A stretch of 64,000 nt of DNA from an uncultured Gemmatimonadaceae bacterium. GTDB lineage: Bacteria; Gemmatimonadota; Gemmatimonadetes; Gemmatimonadales; Gemmatimonadaceae. The stretch's first letter is position 1. Each line of letters opens with the position of its first letter. The notes beneath the pieces are model-generated. The model did no database searches. It was not told the DNA's origin and was given only the letters and a program-made list of their open reading frames with translations. Shown one piece after another: positions 40,000 through 49,439 of the stretch. The position numbers and the translations under genes are program-made. The stretch is taken from assembly GCA_963761305.1 (NCBI GenBank), contig CAVXGK010000002.1:640001-704000 (forward strand), in the 5' to 3' direction.

Positions 40000-40515
40000 C
40001 ACATCCGAAACCGTTGAGTAGGCCGACTCGCGCCGCCGGCTCCGCCGAGCCGGCGTGGGCGTAGCGGGCACCACTCGCCGCTCCGCGACCATTCGCGAGC
40101 GTTGACGCGGCGTTCTCGAGGTCGACGCAGAGCGTTCGACCGTCGCACGCATTCACTCGACCGTGTTCACCGTTCACTCGACGGCGTTCATCGTTCACTC
40201 GACGGCGTTCACCGTTCACTCGACGGCGTTCATCCTTCGCTCGACGGCCTTCGTCGTTCACTCGACCGAGTTCGCCTTTCACTCGGCGCGGAACCGTCTA
40301 CACTGGGCCGATCTCAACACCCATCACAAGGAGGTGCCACAACATCGCCGCATGAACCGCTCACGTTGGAGCTCGTGAAGACGACGTCGACACGTCTCGA
40401 GCGAGCATCAACTCACCGAAACGGCATTCAAGGAGGCAAGGCGACGGCATCAATTGTTCGGAAACGCAGTTCACAAGGACTGCAAGACAGCTCGACAGCA
40501 GTTCATCTAATCATT
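40000..40515 (+). repeat. Degenerate 21-bp-periodic tract 2 (core 7 units TTCACTCGACGGCGTTCACCG, 40152-40298)
   Basis: Units read directly; flanks degenerate; boundaries approximate. Confidence 0.8.
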
Positions 40516-40532
40516 CATGTGTCGGAGGACAC

Positions 40533-40720
40533 TTGAACAGTTTACAAGAACGGATCTACAACCCCGGCCACCGCATGCAGGCGTTCTTGATCACCAACGA
40601 CGCGGTGTTGGGCACCATCAACAAGTCGGGAATGCGCGCCGACCTCGACGCGATCGTCGATGCACTCGGCGACAGCGGCGGCCAACAGGCCGCGGGGCGC
40701 GTCAACGCGATCGGCGTCGT
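40533..40720 (+). pseudogene. 5' fragment of a helical hypothetical protein gene
   Basis: GGAGG RBS + TTG; MNSLQERIYNPGHRMQAFLITNDAVLGTINKSGMRADLDAIVDALG.., then runs into the 3' end of the convergent kinase gene. Confidence 0.5.
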
Positions 40721-40753
40721 TCCGACTGAGCTCCTCGGCCGCCTCGAGCGCGA

Positions 40754-41680
40754 TCAGGCAGTAGCCGGTGCAAACACGTTCCGCACCGCCTGGACGTGCG
40801 GTGTCAGATCCGAGCCTGCCTCGTACGCATACGCGAGGTGGATGGTCGCGAGCGTCTGAGACATTGTGCGCATCCGCGTTCGGAACCCGTCGTCGACTCT
40901 GAGCGGATAGTGCATCAGCACCTGCTCGACGAAGGGCCAGCCCTGCCACGCCGCGACAAAAACAAAATCTCGCGCGGCATCGCCAAGCGTCATGCCCGTC
41001 CAATCCAGAATACCGGTGAGAGTGCCGGCGTTCGGGTTCACCAGGACGTTCTCGGTCGACAGATCGCCGTGAACTGGCTGCAGCCGACCACCCCACGGCT
41101 CAGCCGACAGCGGGATTTCGCTCAGCCAAGTCGCGGCTCGATCGACGACCGGATCGATCCCTTTCAGTTGTTGTACGACGGCAACACCGTGTTCGACCCA
41201 TTCGCGAGCTCCCTCCTCGTTCGGGTCACTCTCTCGAATTCCAGCGGCGCGGGCTGCGCTTTCGGGAATCGAGTGGAGCGCCCCGAGCAGTGTCGCGATT
41301 TCTCGCCCGACCGCTGGAAAGAGGCTCGCAGGAACCGAATCGGCCGGAACACCGGAGATGAAGCGGTGGCCGGCGAATCTGTACGGATACCCGAGCGCCG
41401 GCGCGCCGACTCGCTCCACTCGGGGAACCGAGATGTTCGACGGGAGCCTGTCGGCGACGAGACGATGAGCGCTCGCCTCGGCGTCGAACAGATCCGCGCA
41501 CCAGCCATGACGTGGGAAGCGAAAGACCCAGTCGTCTGTGGTCAGGAACACGTCGAAGTGCCAGCCCGATCCCAGTGCTCGCAGAGCTTCTGCGTCAATG
41601 TCGGGGAAGCGCGTTGCGATGATTCCAGCCGCCGTCGCCGGCGTGAGCGGGTAATCAGGTTTCCACGGCGAAATACTCAT
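40754..41680 (-). CDS. Aminoglycoside phosphotransferase-like kinase
   Basis: LGSGW, WVFRFPR, HGDLSTENVLV, GILDW, GDAARDF. Confidence 0.85.
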   Translation of the reverse strand: MSISPWKPDYPLTPATAAGIIATRFPDIDAEALRALGSGWHFDVFLTTDDWVFRFPRHGWCADLFDAEASAHRLVADRLPSNISVPRVERVGAPALGYPYRFAGHRFISGVPADSVPASLFPAVGREIATLLGALHSIPESAARAAGIRESDPNEEGAREWVEHGVAVVQQLKGIDPVVDRAATWLSEIPLSAEPWGGRLQPVHGDLSTENVLVNPNAGTLTGILDWTGMTLGDAARDFVFVAAWQGWPFVEQVLMHYPLRVDDGFRTRMRTMSQTLATIHLAYAYEAGSDLTPHVQAVRNVFAPATA

Positions 41681-41764
41681 TCGATGGAAGGGAGAGTGAG
41701 CGGTTCGCTCGGCCGGCGGCTGCACCCGGGTCGAGCATCCAATTTGTCTCATCGAACAATCGAC

Positions 41765-42500
41765 CGCCACCAAGCCGACTCTCTACGCCACCAGCGAACA
41801 AACGAGTTTCCCGAACGACGAGCTGACTTTCCCGTCGGTGCACGTCCCCGGTTGCATCGAAGAGATCATCGCCACCGTCGCACGAAGTCATTGGTCGCAT
41901 CGGGCGAGGCGGCCGGCCGACGCGACGAGTTCATCGGAAACACTGCGGAGGTCATCGTACACCACTACAACGATCGGTCGACTCACCGCCGAGGTCAGTG
42001 CCACCACCGCGGAGTTCAGTGCCATCACCGCGGAGTTCAGTGCCATCCCCGCGGAGGGCATCGCACTGCGCGCGCCAACGAATTGGTCGCAATGCGTGTG
42101 GGAGTGGCAACATCGGCGCACGACATCGTCCTGCTCGCAGAGGCGATCGCCACCGTCGCTTCGTTCATCGCCACCAGCGGCGGGTTCACCGCACCGGCCG
42201 TCGAGTTGATCGGAACCGGCGCTGAGCCCTGTGGTCGCGCGACATCTGGTATCGGTCGCAATGCATAGGGCACTGGCACCACCGCGTGGATGACGCGAAC
42301 CACTCGATGCGTCTCAACGCCACCGGTCGAGAGATGACCTGACCCCTCCGCGAAGGTCACCGCCACCACCGCGAGCCTTACCGGTCGCGGCGCGTAGATC
42401 ACCGTCTCGCCTGCCGAACCGATCGCCACCAAGGGGAAGTCGATGCGACGGTCTGTCGAACCCATCGCCACCATCCCGCAAGGCATCGCCACCAAGAAAT
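41765..42500 (+). repeat. Degenerate 21-bp-periodic tract 3 (~35 units; core CACCGCGGAGTTCAGTGCCAT at 41984-42067)
   Basis: CGCCACC and GAGTTC recur at 21-bp spacing across ~740 bp. Confidence 0.8.
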
Positions 42501-42679
42501 GTGCGGCAATTGTGGTTTGGACAGGCGCTTCGACGTCGACGCCGATGAATCAACACTGGACGACCATTCGGCGCAGCCTCTGAAACACGACATGTTGTAG
42601 GAGCGAGGCAGCTTGCCCATCCGCGCGCCGCGTCATAAGCTTGGCTCGCCCATCTCCCCCTCCTTCTCGCGGAAGCACA

Positions 42680-44101
42680 ATGACGCGTCGACACCTTCGC
42701 CTGATCGGCCTGCTGGTGCTCGCCGTTCTTCCCGGATCTACCGCGATCGCCCAGCGCGGGCAATTCGATCTCGAGAAGACGAAGAAGGTGCTCTCGGGCC
42801 TGATCGAGAAAACGCTCGCCGAGAACGGCGTTCCATCGATGTCGATCGCCCTGGTTCGCGGCGACTCGATCGTCTGGACGGCCGCGTTCGGCTATGCCAA
42901 CATGCGGACCCGCACGCCCGCCACGACGGCGACGCTCTACAGCACCGGCTCGTCGTTCAAGTCGGTCACCGCGACTGCGGTGATGCAGCTCGTCGAGCAG
43001 GGCAAGGTCCACCTGGACGATCCGATCAACCGCTACCTCGGCGAGAGCCAGGTGCACGATCAGGCGGACAAGCCCGTCACGTTCACGCACATCCTGTCGC
43101 ATTGGTCCGGCCTCACGAACGGCGCCGAGACGCAACCGATCTGGGGCCGGAAGCTGCCGAAGACCCTCGAGGCGATGACCGCCGGGCTCTCGTCAGTTCG
43201 GCCGCCCGAGACGAAGTGGGAGTACAACAACTTCGCCTATGGCACTGCGGGTCTCCTCGTACAGAAAATTTCCGGCGTCGACTACGAGACGTACATGCTC
43301 GAGCACGTGCTGAAGCCGCTCGGCGTGACGACGCCGCATCCGGTCTATCCGACGCCCGAGATGGTCGAGGTGATGGCGCTTCCGTACAAGGCGGGAGGTG
43401 CGTTCGGCAAGCCGGTGCCGGAGGTGCAGGTGCACTTCGACGTCTATCCGGCCGGCGACGTGTATCTGACCGCCGAAGACATGGCTCGCTACCTCGCGGC
43501 GCAACTGAACGGCGGTGTCTTTCACGGCACCCGGATCCTGTCGGACGCGTCGGTGCGCGAGATGCACACGCCGCGCTTTGGCGGCGACTACGGGTTCGGG
43601 TTCTGGCTGGTTCATGACAGCGCGAGTGGACACACGCTGATCCACCACGGCGGCGCCATCGGCGGCCAGCGGGCGTTCCTGATCGGCGACCTCGATGCGC
43701 GCGTCGGCGTCTACTACATGACGAACTCCGACTACCTCCCTGACGCGACTCCGCCGGCGCAATCGGAGATCGTGTACGCCGCTCTCAAGCTGTTGCGCGG
43801 AGAGGATTACATCCCGCGGCCACAACAAAAGGGCATCGCCGTGGACCAGAAGGTGCTCGACAGCTACGCCGGCACGTACGATTTCGGACCGGCAGCGTTC
43901 ATCGTGAGCCGTGTCGGTCACGCTCTCGCGGTTCAGCAGACCGGTCAGGCCGCGATCAACGAACTGATCGCCGAGACCCCGACGCGGTTCGTCCTGCGCG
44001 GCAGCACCTTCAAGTTCACCTTCGAAGGTGACGGCGGCAAAATCGATCGACTCGTCGTCGACGCCGGCGGCCAGCACGTAACAGCGACTCGCCGCAAGTA
44101 G
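42680..44101 (+). CDS. Secreted serine hydrolase (beta-lactamase class C-like)
   Basis: Signal peptide, SxxK (GSSFKS), LSHWSG, YNN, HGG, C-terminal extension. Confidence 0.88.
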   Translation: MTRRHLRLIGLLVLAVLPGSTAIAQRGQFDLEKTKKVLSGLIEKTLAENGVPSMSIALVRGDSIVWTAAFGYANMRTRTPATTATLYSTGSSFKSVTATAVMQLVEQGKVHLDDPINRYLGESQVHDQADKPVTFTHILSHWSGLTNGAETQPIWGRKLPKTLEAMTAGLSSVRPPETKWEYNNFAYGTAGLLVQKISGVDYETYMLEHVLKPLGVTTPHPVYPTPEMVEVMALPYKAGGAFGKPVPEVQVHFDVYPAGDVYLTAEDMARYLAAQLNGGVFHGTRILSDASVREMHTPRFGGDYGFGFWLVHDSASGHTLIHHGGAIGGQRAFLIGDLDARVGVYYMTNSDYLPDATPPAQSEIVYAALKLLRGEDYIPRPQQKGIAVDQKVLDSYAGTYDFGPAAFIVSRVGHALAVQQTGQAAINELIAETPTRFVLRGSTFKFTFEGDGGKIDRLVVDAGGQHVTATRRK

Positions 44102-44167
44102 CTCGGAGCGGCGGCGGACATCGTCGCGATTACAACCGGTACGGTTCGCCGAGGAGCTCGTCGCCAA

Positions 44168-44728
44168 ATGCGATTCATCGTCATTGCATCCGTGTTACTG
44201 TCGGCGCTTGTCGGTTGCGCGTCGACGGGCACCTCCGGCAGCGCATCCGGTCAACCCGGTGCCGAGACGCTCGCGCAAGTCAGGTTCCGCGACAGGGAAG
44301 TGAAGGTCTCGCAACACGTCGATGCGACGGTTGACGATACGTGGAAGGTGCTCGGACCCGCATTCCAGGACCTCGGGTACAAGGGCGGCCCATCAGGGAG
44401 TGGGAATGAGCGAATGTATATGACTTCCTGGCTGCAGCTCCCCGGGGCGCTCTACGAAGGTGAACCGAATGCGGCGTACTTCGAGTGCGACCGGTCGCCG
44501 CTCGGGACTCCCACCGCGGACACCTACGAGCTGACCTTCGCTGTTTTCGCCTGGGTCGCGCCCGACCAACCCGCTGGAAGCGTCGTTCGGGTCCTGGTGA
44601 ATGGCTCGGGGCGAGATCGCGCGAATCCCTCGGCGATTGTGTCGTGCGCCGGAACGGGAAAGCTCGAGGCGATGTTCATGCAGGCGATTCAGCGGCGGCT
44701 GAAGCTCGTGGCCAAGCGGCCGGAATAA
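44168..44728 (+). CDS. Lipoprotein of unknown function
   Basis: Lipobox LVGC; YFECDRSPLGTPTADTY..VSCAGTGKLE. Confidence 0.75.
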   Translation: MRFIVIASVLLSALVGCASTGTSGSASGQPGAETLAQVRFRDREVKVSQHVDATVDDTWKVLGPAFQDLGYKGGPSGSGNERMYMTSWLQLPGALYEGEPNAAYFECDRSPLGTPTADTYELTFAVFAWVAPDQPAGSVVRVLVNGSGRDRANPSAIVSCAGTGKLEAMFMQAIQRRLKLVAKRPE

Positions 44729-44756
44729 ATCACAGGAGCCGACAGCTCAGCCCGAA

Positions 44757-45077
44757 CTACAGCCAGTGGCCGTCGCTCCAGAACCAACCGTGCCCATCAC
44801 TTTCCCAAATGCCCGGCACCCATATCGAGTGCCCGGTCGCCGGTAGGACCCAGGAGCCCGGAACCCACGCGAAGTCGTTGTTGCTCCAGCCCCATCGGCC
44901 GGCTATCCAGACGTAGTTAGCTCCGGGCGAGGGCGGAACTACCTCGAGCCGGGCGGTGGGCGGCGGCCTGGTCGCGGCGCGCGAGACTGCGTAACTCGGC
45001 GGCTGATGGTAGCATGCCCCGACCGCGCTGGTGGCGACGAGTCCGGTTATGAGCGACAGGTTCAAGAGTTTCTTCAT
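44757..45077 (-). CDS. YXWGXW-repeat lipoprotein
   Basis: GGAGG RBS, signal with VGAC, PPPTARLEVVPPSPG, WIAGRW/WVPGSW/WVPGIW/WSDGHW. Confidence 0.85.
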   Translation of the reverse strand: MKKLLNLSLITGLVATSAVGACYHQPPSYAVSRAATRPPPTARLEVVPPSPGANYVWIAGRWGWSNNDFAWVPGSWVLPATGHSIWVPGIWESDGHGWFWSDGHWL

Positions 45078-45143
45078 TGCTGCCTCCTCCTTCGGTGCTT
45101 CTCTCGTCAGGTGCAAGGAGGGAGCCCTCTCCCGCACTGCCAT

Positions 45144-45256
45144 GAATGTATATGACTTCCTGGCTGCGGCTCCCCGGGGCGCTCTACGAAGGTGAAGCGA
45201 ATGCGGCGTAGTTCGAGTGCGACCGATCGCCGCTCGGGATTCCCACCGCGGACACC
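45144..45256 (+). repeat. 113-bp intergenic copy of 44412-44524 (internal part of the lipoprotein gene)
   Basis: 108/113 identical, no indels; TAC->TAG in the copy. Confidence 0.92.
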
Positions 45257-45392
45257 CAGGCGCGCCCATGGTGCACCCAAGAAGAAAACGAGAGGCTGCG
45301 CTTGATTTTGTTGACTGCACCGACGGAGTCGCGCACGTTTCATGACCGGTAACGGCGCAATCGCGCGCCAGCCGAAGCGCGCGGAGGCGACG

Positions 45393-46121
45393 ATGTCGAC
45401 GCAGAGTGGGACGACTCACGGTGATGGAGTACGTTTTCACGGCAACTTCAAGCGGCTCCTGTCAATACTGGGACTTGCGTCGCTGTTGCCCGCGGCTCTA
45501 TCCGCACAGTCGTCGGACGCGCAGGGGACCGATCTCTCGCTCGCAGTGCGTTTCGGCACGCTGGGCATCGGCGGTGAAATCTCGAAGCTGGTAACGCCAC
45601 ACGTCGGGCTTCGGGTGAGCGGGAATTACTTCACATACAACAAAAATTTTACCAATAACGACGTCAGTTACGACGCCAGTCTGAAATTCGAGGGCATCAC
45701 CGGGTTGATCGATCTCTACCCGGCCAGTCGCGGCGCCTTCCACTTTAGCGCCGGCGTGATGACGCGCCCGATCACGCTTTCGGGCGGCGGCGTGCCAAGC
45801 AACGGCACGTTCACAATCAATAGTCACAGCTACACCCAAGCGCAGGTCGGCACGCTGACGGAGACCGCGCAGTGGGCCAGCGCACTTCCTTATGTCGGAC
45901 TCGGATTCGGTACGCCGGCGGCAAAGCACGCTGGACTGGGCTTCCTTTTCGATCTGGGCGCGGCGATCGGCAAGCCGACCGTCGCGCTCACGGCGACTGG
46001 CGCCGGCAGCAACGCACAATTGCAATCGGACCTCAACGCGCAGGTCGCCAAGTCAGCGAGCAACGCGAACAAGATCCCTGTCTACCCCGTGCTGTCGCTG
46101 GGGCTCGCCTACCGGTTCTGA
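45393..46121 (+). CDS. Outer-membrane beta-barrel-like protein
   Basis: Signal peptide, GTLGIGGE, PYVGLGFG, ends YPVLSLGLAYRF; start approximate. Confidence 0.75.
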   Translation: MSTQSGTTHGDGVRFHGNFKRLLSILGLASLLPAALSAQSSDAQGTDLSLAVRFGTLGIGGEISKLVTPHVGLRVSGNYFTYNKNFTNNDVSYDASLKFEGITGLIDLYPASRGAFHFSAGVMTRPITLSGGGVPSNGTFTINSHSYTQAQVGTLTETAQWASALPYVGLGFGTPAAKHAGLGFLFDLGAAIGKPTVALTATGAGSNAQLQSDLNAQVAKSASNANKIPVYPVLSLGLAYRF

Positions 46122-46171
46122 CCACGTGACTCCAGCCCGGACAGGCTGAGAGCGCAATCATTCTCGCGGGC

Positions 46172-46204
46172 AAAAACGGCCGCTCCGGTGTGGAGCGGCC
46201 GTTT
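46172..46204. terminator. Bidirectional intrinsic terminator
   Basis: AAAAACGGCCGCTCC-GGTGT-GGAGCGGCCGTTT between convergent genes. Confidence 0.75.
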
Positions 46205-46263
46205 GCAACATCAATCGGGTTTCTCTAAGAGACCCGTGAGATCCGCCGTCCTGACGGCGCCGA

Positions 46264-48729
46264 TTAGGCCGATCGCAAAGCGCCGAGCGGATCGACTTTG
46301 CTCGCGCGCGCGGCGGGGATCCACACCGCGGCCAGGGCAACGACCGCCAACAACAACGGCACGCCCGCGAACACGAGCGGATCGCGCACCTCGACACCGA
46401 ACAAAAGACTCCTCATGTATCGCGACAGTGCATACGCCGTCGCAACGCCGATGACCACGCCGATGAGCGCGAGCCGCATTCCCTGCAACACGACCATCGT
46501 CCGCACCTGATTCGGCTCCGCTCCGAGCGCGAGACGAACGCCGATCTCGCGCGTGCGCTGCTGCACCGCGTACGCCATCACGCCGTAGATGCCGATCGCC
46601 GCGAGCGTGAGCGCGGAGAGCGCGAACACCGCCATGAGCAAGGTGTTGAACTGCTCGCGCGACGTCGATCGCGAGACGATCTGGTCCATCGATCGGACCT
46701 CGGCCACCGGCAGACCGGTCGCCTCACGGAGCCGTGACTCGACGGCAGCGGCGATGGAGAGCGGCGGCACCCTCGTGCGGATCACCCACGACATCGGCGC
46801 GATCTTTGTATTGAGTACGTTCACGTTGTCGGGGATCTGCGCCTGCGGGACGAACATCTTCGGCCCGGGGTTCTGATTGAGCCCGTCGTCGCGGCTGTCG
46901 GCGACGACGCCGATGATCTGCCGGTCGGGCTCCGCGGCGAACTCCTTCATGCCGCCGCGGCCGATGGTCAACCGATCGTTGAGGGGATCGCCGTTCTTCC
47001 ACGTCTCCTTCGCCATCGCTTCGTTGATGATGGCCACCGGAGGCGCATTCGCGTCGTCGCGATCGGTGAACGTTCGGCCGCGAAGCACCGGGATCTTGAA
47101 CACCTCGAAGTATCCCGGCGACACGGTGATCCAGTCGCCGTTGCCGTGAAACTGCTGTCCCTCGGGAAGCGCCTTGCCCACGACGCGGAACGGCAGGCCG
47201 TACCCGCCTTGAAGCGGCACGCAGCACGAAGCACTCGCGAGTTCGACACCGGACACCGTGCGCAACCGATCGGCTCCGTCGCGAATCGCTTGCTCGACCG
47301 ACATCGACGTCTGAAACCTCGGACCCGTAAACGACATGGTCATCGTCAACACGTTCGACGCGTCGAAGCCTGGCGCGACCGCGCGGAGTGCCAGCGATGT
47401 GCGAATCAAGAGTCCGGAGCCGATCACGAGCGCCAGCGCGAGCGCGATTTCGACCACCACGAGGGTCGAACGCACATGATGATTGGCACGTCCAGCCGAG
47501 GCCCCGGTTCCGTCCCTCAGCGTGCCGCTTAAATCCTGCCGCGCGGCCTGAAACGCAGGCGCTACCCCGAAGAGCAATCCGGTCACGATCGAGACGACGA
47601 TGGTGAACACCGCCAACCGCCAGTCCAACTGAATCGCCGTGCCGCCCTCGCCCAGACGCGGCAGATTCGCCGTGTTGATCGACATCAGCGAACGAATGCC
47701 GACGAGGCCGAGCGTCAACCCAGCGGCACCGCCCACAATCGAGAGCAGCACACTTTCCGTGAGCAACTGTCGTATGATGCGGGCGCGATCGGCGCCCATC
47801 GCCGCGCGAATCGCAAGCTCGCGTTTTCTCACCGTCGAGCGGACGAGCAGCAAATTGGCGACGTTGGCGCACGCGATCAGCAGCACGCCCGCAACGGCCG
47901 ACATCAGGACGACGAGGAGCGACTGCGAGTTGCGAACGAAGATCTTCTGCATCGGCTCCACGCTGAATGCCTCCTTCGGCCCGAGTGAGCCGGGGAAGCG
48001 CTCGCGGTACGCGGCCGCCGATTGCGTCAGTTTTGCCTGTGCCTGCGCGAGTGTCACGCCGGGCGCGAGCCGGCCGAGCACTCGGAAGTAGTGCGCCTGG
48101 TCCTGCGTGTTCGGATCGATCGGAAACATCGTCCACAGGTCCGGAGTGTCACCGAGGTCGGACTGGTCGAAGCCGTTCCCGATGACACCGATGACGACGT
48201 ACGGCTCGCCGCTGAGGGAGATCGTCTTGCCCACGATCGCTCGATCGGCGGCGAAGCGTCGCGTCCACCAGCCGTAGGAGAGGACCGCGACCTTTCCTGC
48301 GGTCGGAAGATCTTCGTCGGTCGTGAAGATGCGCCCAAGCACCGGCGTCGCGCCGAGCAGGTGAAAGAACGGCGGACTGACCTGCTCGGTGGTGACCTGT
48401 TCCGGCGTGTCGCCGCCCGTGTAGTTCACCAAAACGGAGCGGTAGGCCGACGCGTCCCGCACGGCATCCGTCTGACGCCGCCAGTGCGCGAACTTGGCGG
48501 GCGACGCTGCCGGAAAGCTGTTGCCGTTCGGAGACGTGTTCATGAAGAGCACGATCCGGCCGGCATCGGGGAACGGAAACGGGCGGAGAAGGACGGCGTT
48601 GACGACCGAGAAGACGGCGGTCGTTGCGCCGATGCCCAGCGCGAGCGTCGCGACCGCGGCGATGGTGAAGGCCCGCTGCTGTCGGAGCGTTCGAAGACTG
48701 TACTTGAGATCCTGGAAGAAATGCTCCAC
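46264..48729 (-). CDS. ADOP-type duplicated ABC permease (no prefix domain)
   Basis: FQDLKYSLRTL, LALGIGATTAVFSVVNAVLL, LLIACANVANLLL, REIGVRLALGA, VDPLGALR. Confidence 0.9.
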   Translation of the reverse strand: MEHFFQDLKYSLRTLRQQRAFTIAAVATLALGIGATTAVFSVVNAVLLRPFPFPDAGRIVLFMNTSPNGNSFPAASPAKFAHWRRQTDAVRDASAYRSVLVNYTGGDTPEQVTTEQVSPPFFHLLGATPVLGRIFTTDEDLPTAGKVAVLSYGWWTRRFAADRAIVGKTISLSGEPYVVIGVIGNGFDQSDLGDTPDLWTMFPIDPNTQDQAHYFRVLGRLAPGVTLAQAQAKLTQSAAAYRERFPGSLGPKEAFSVEPMQKIFVRNSQSLLVVLMSAVAGVLLIACANVANLLLVRSTVRKRELAIRAAMGADRARIIRQLLTESVLLSIVGGAAGLTLGLVGIRSLMSINTANLPRLGEGGTAIQLDWRLAVFTIVVSIVTGLLFGVAPAFQAARQDLSGTLRDGTGASAGRANHHVRSTLVVVEIALALALVIGSGLLIRTSLALRAVAPGFDASNVLTMTMSFTGPRFQTSMSVEQAIRDGADRLRTVSGVELASASCCVPLQGGYGLPFRVVGKALPEGQQFHGNGDWITVSPGYFEVFKIPVLRGRTFTDRDDANAPPVAIINEAMAKETWKNGDPLNDRLTIGRGGMKEFAAEPDRQIIGVVADSRDDGLNQNPGPKMFVPQAQIPDNVNVLNTKIAPMSWVIRTRVPPLSIAAAVESRLREATGLPVAEVRSMDQIVSRSTSREQFNTLLMAVFALSALTLAAIGIYGVMAYAVQQRTREIGVRLALGAEPNQVRTMVVLQGMRLALIGVVIGVATAYALSRYMRSLLFGVEVRDPLVFAGVPLLLAVVALAAVWIPAARASKVDPLGALRSA

Positions 48730-48739
48730 GGGCGTTCCC

Positions 48740-49324
48740 TCAGCCGCTCCGGCTTGCAACGAGTGCGACGACGATTCCGCCGGCGCCGGCGAGGCAGGCC
48801 AGCATGAGCACCTTTGCCTGGCGGGTGAGCGCGGCCACCGCACCGAGCGCGATCGCCACCTGGAGCAGCGCGACAGCGAAGGCATAGTGATGGTGCTCGG
48901 CCAGCAAGCGCGCCGCTTCGGCGACCTTCGTATCGCGCTCCTGCTCGAGCTTCCGCGCCTCGGTCTGAATGTCGGCTTGCTCTCTGCCGTACCGCGCCGT
49001 CAGCGCGAGCAGGGAATCGGGAGCGGCGCGATTGTTGGCCGCGTAGGCGTTCGCCGCCGTCGCGGCGACGGCCCCTTTGATCCCCTTCGCTTGATAGTAG
49101 GCCCACTCGTCGGAAGCGCGCGCCTGCAGTTGCGTCGCTTCGCTCTCCAGCACGAGCGCTTCGTTGACCGTCGATCCGGCTCGCAACGAAACGACGGCCG
49201 TCACCGCCGCGAGTATGGCGGTAATGAGCGCGGTGATGCGCAGCATCCGCCCGCCCGACTTTTCGATTTCGTCGTCGATCGTCTCGCGCAGCTTGTCGGT
49301 GTCGATCTCGATTTCTTCCGGCAT
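48740..49324 (-). CDS. DUF4337-like membrane protein
   Basis: ASDEWAYYQAKGIK, coiled coil, AVALLQVAIAL; 3 TMs. Confidence 0.75.
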   Translation of the reverse strand: MPEEIEIDTDKLRETIDDEIEKSGGRMLRITALITAILAAVTAVVSLRAGSTVNEALVLESEATQLQARASDEWAYYQAKGIKGAVAATAANAYAANNRAAPDSLLALTARYGREQADIQTEARKLEQERDTKVAEAARLLAEHHHYAFAVALLQVAIALGAVAALTRQAKVLMLACLAGAGGIVVALVASRSG

Positions 49325-49439
49325 CCTGAAAACTACGCGACGACCGCCTCAGTGGTCCACAATGGTCCAATACGAAAGGACGGCGTCCTGACACGGACGC
49401 CGTCCTTCGCTTACGGTTTCCAAACCAGTCAAACGCGTT

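Noticed and set aside
15385..42067. CRISPR arrays at the 21-bp repeats
   Set aside because: Units are contiguous with no unique spacers, and no cas genes are present
40754..44101. Bona fide antibiotic resistance genes (APH, beta-lactamase)
   Set aside because: Only superfamily motifs are visible; substrate cannot be inferred
44412..45256. Diversity-generating retroelement TR/VR pair
   Set aside because: Mismatches (gene/copy A/G, C/G, C/G, G/A, C/T) are not adenine-specific on either strand, the segment is mid-gene, and no reverse transcriptase is in the window
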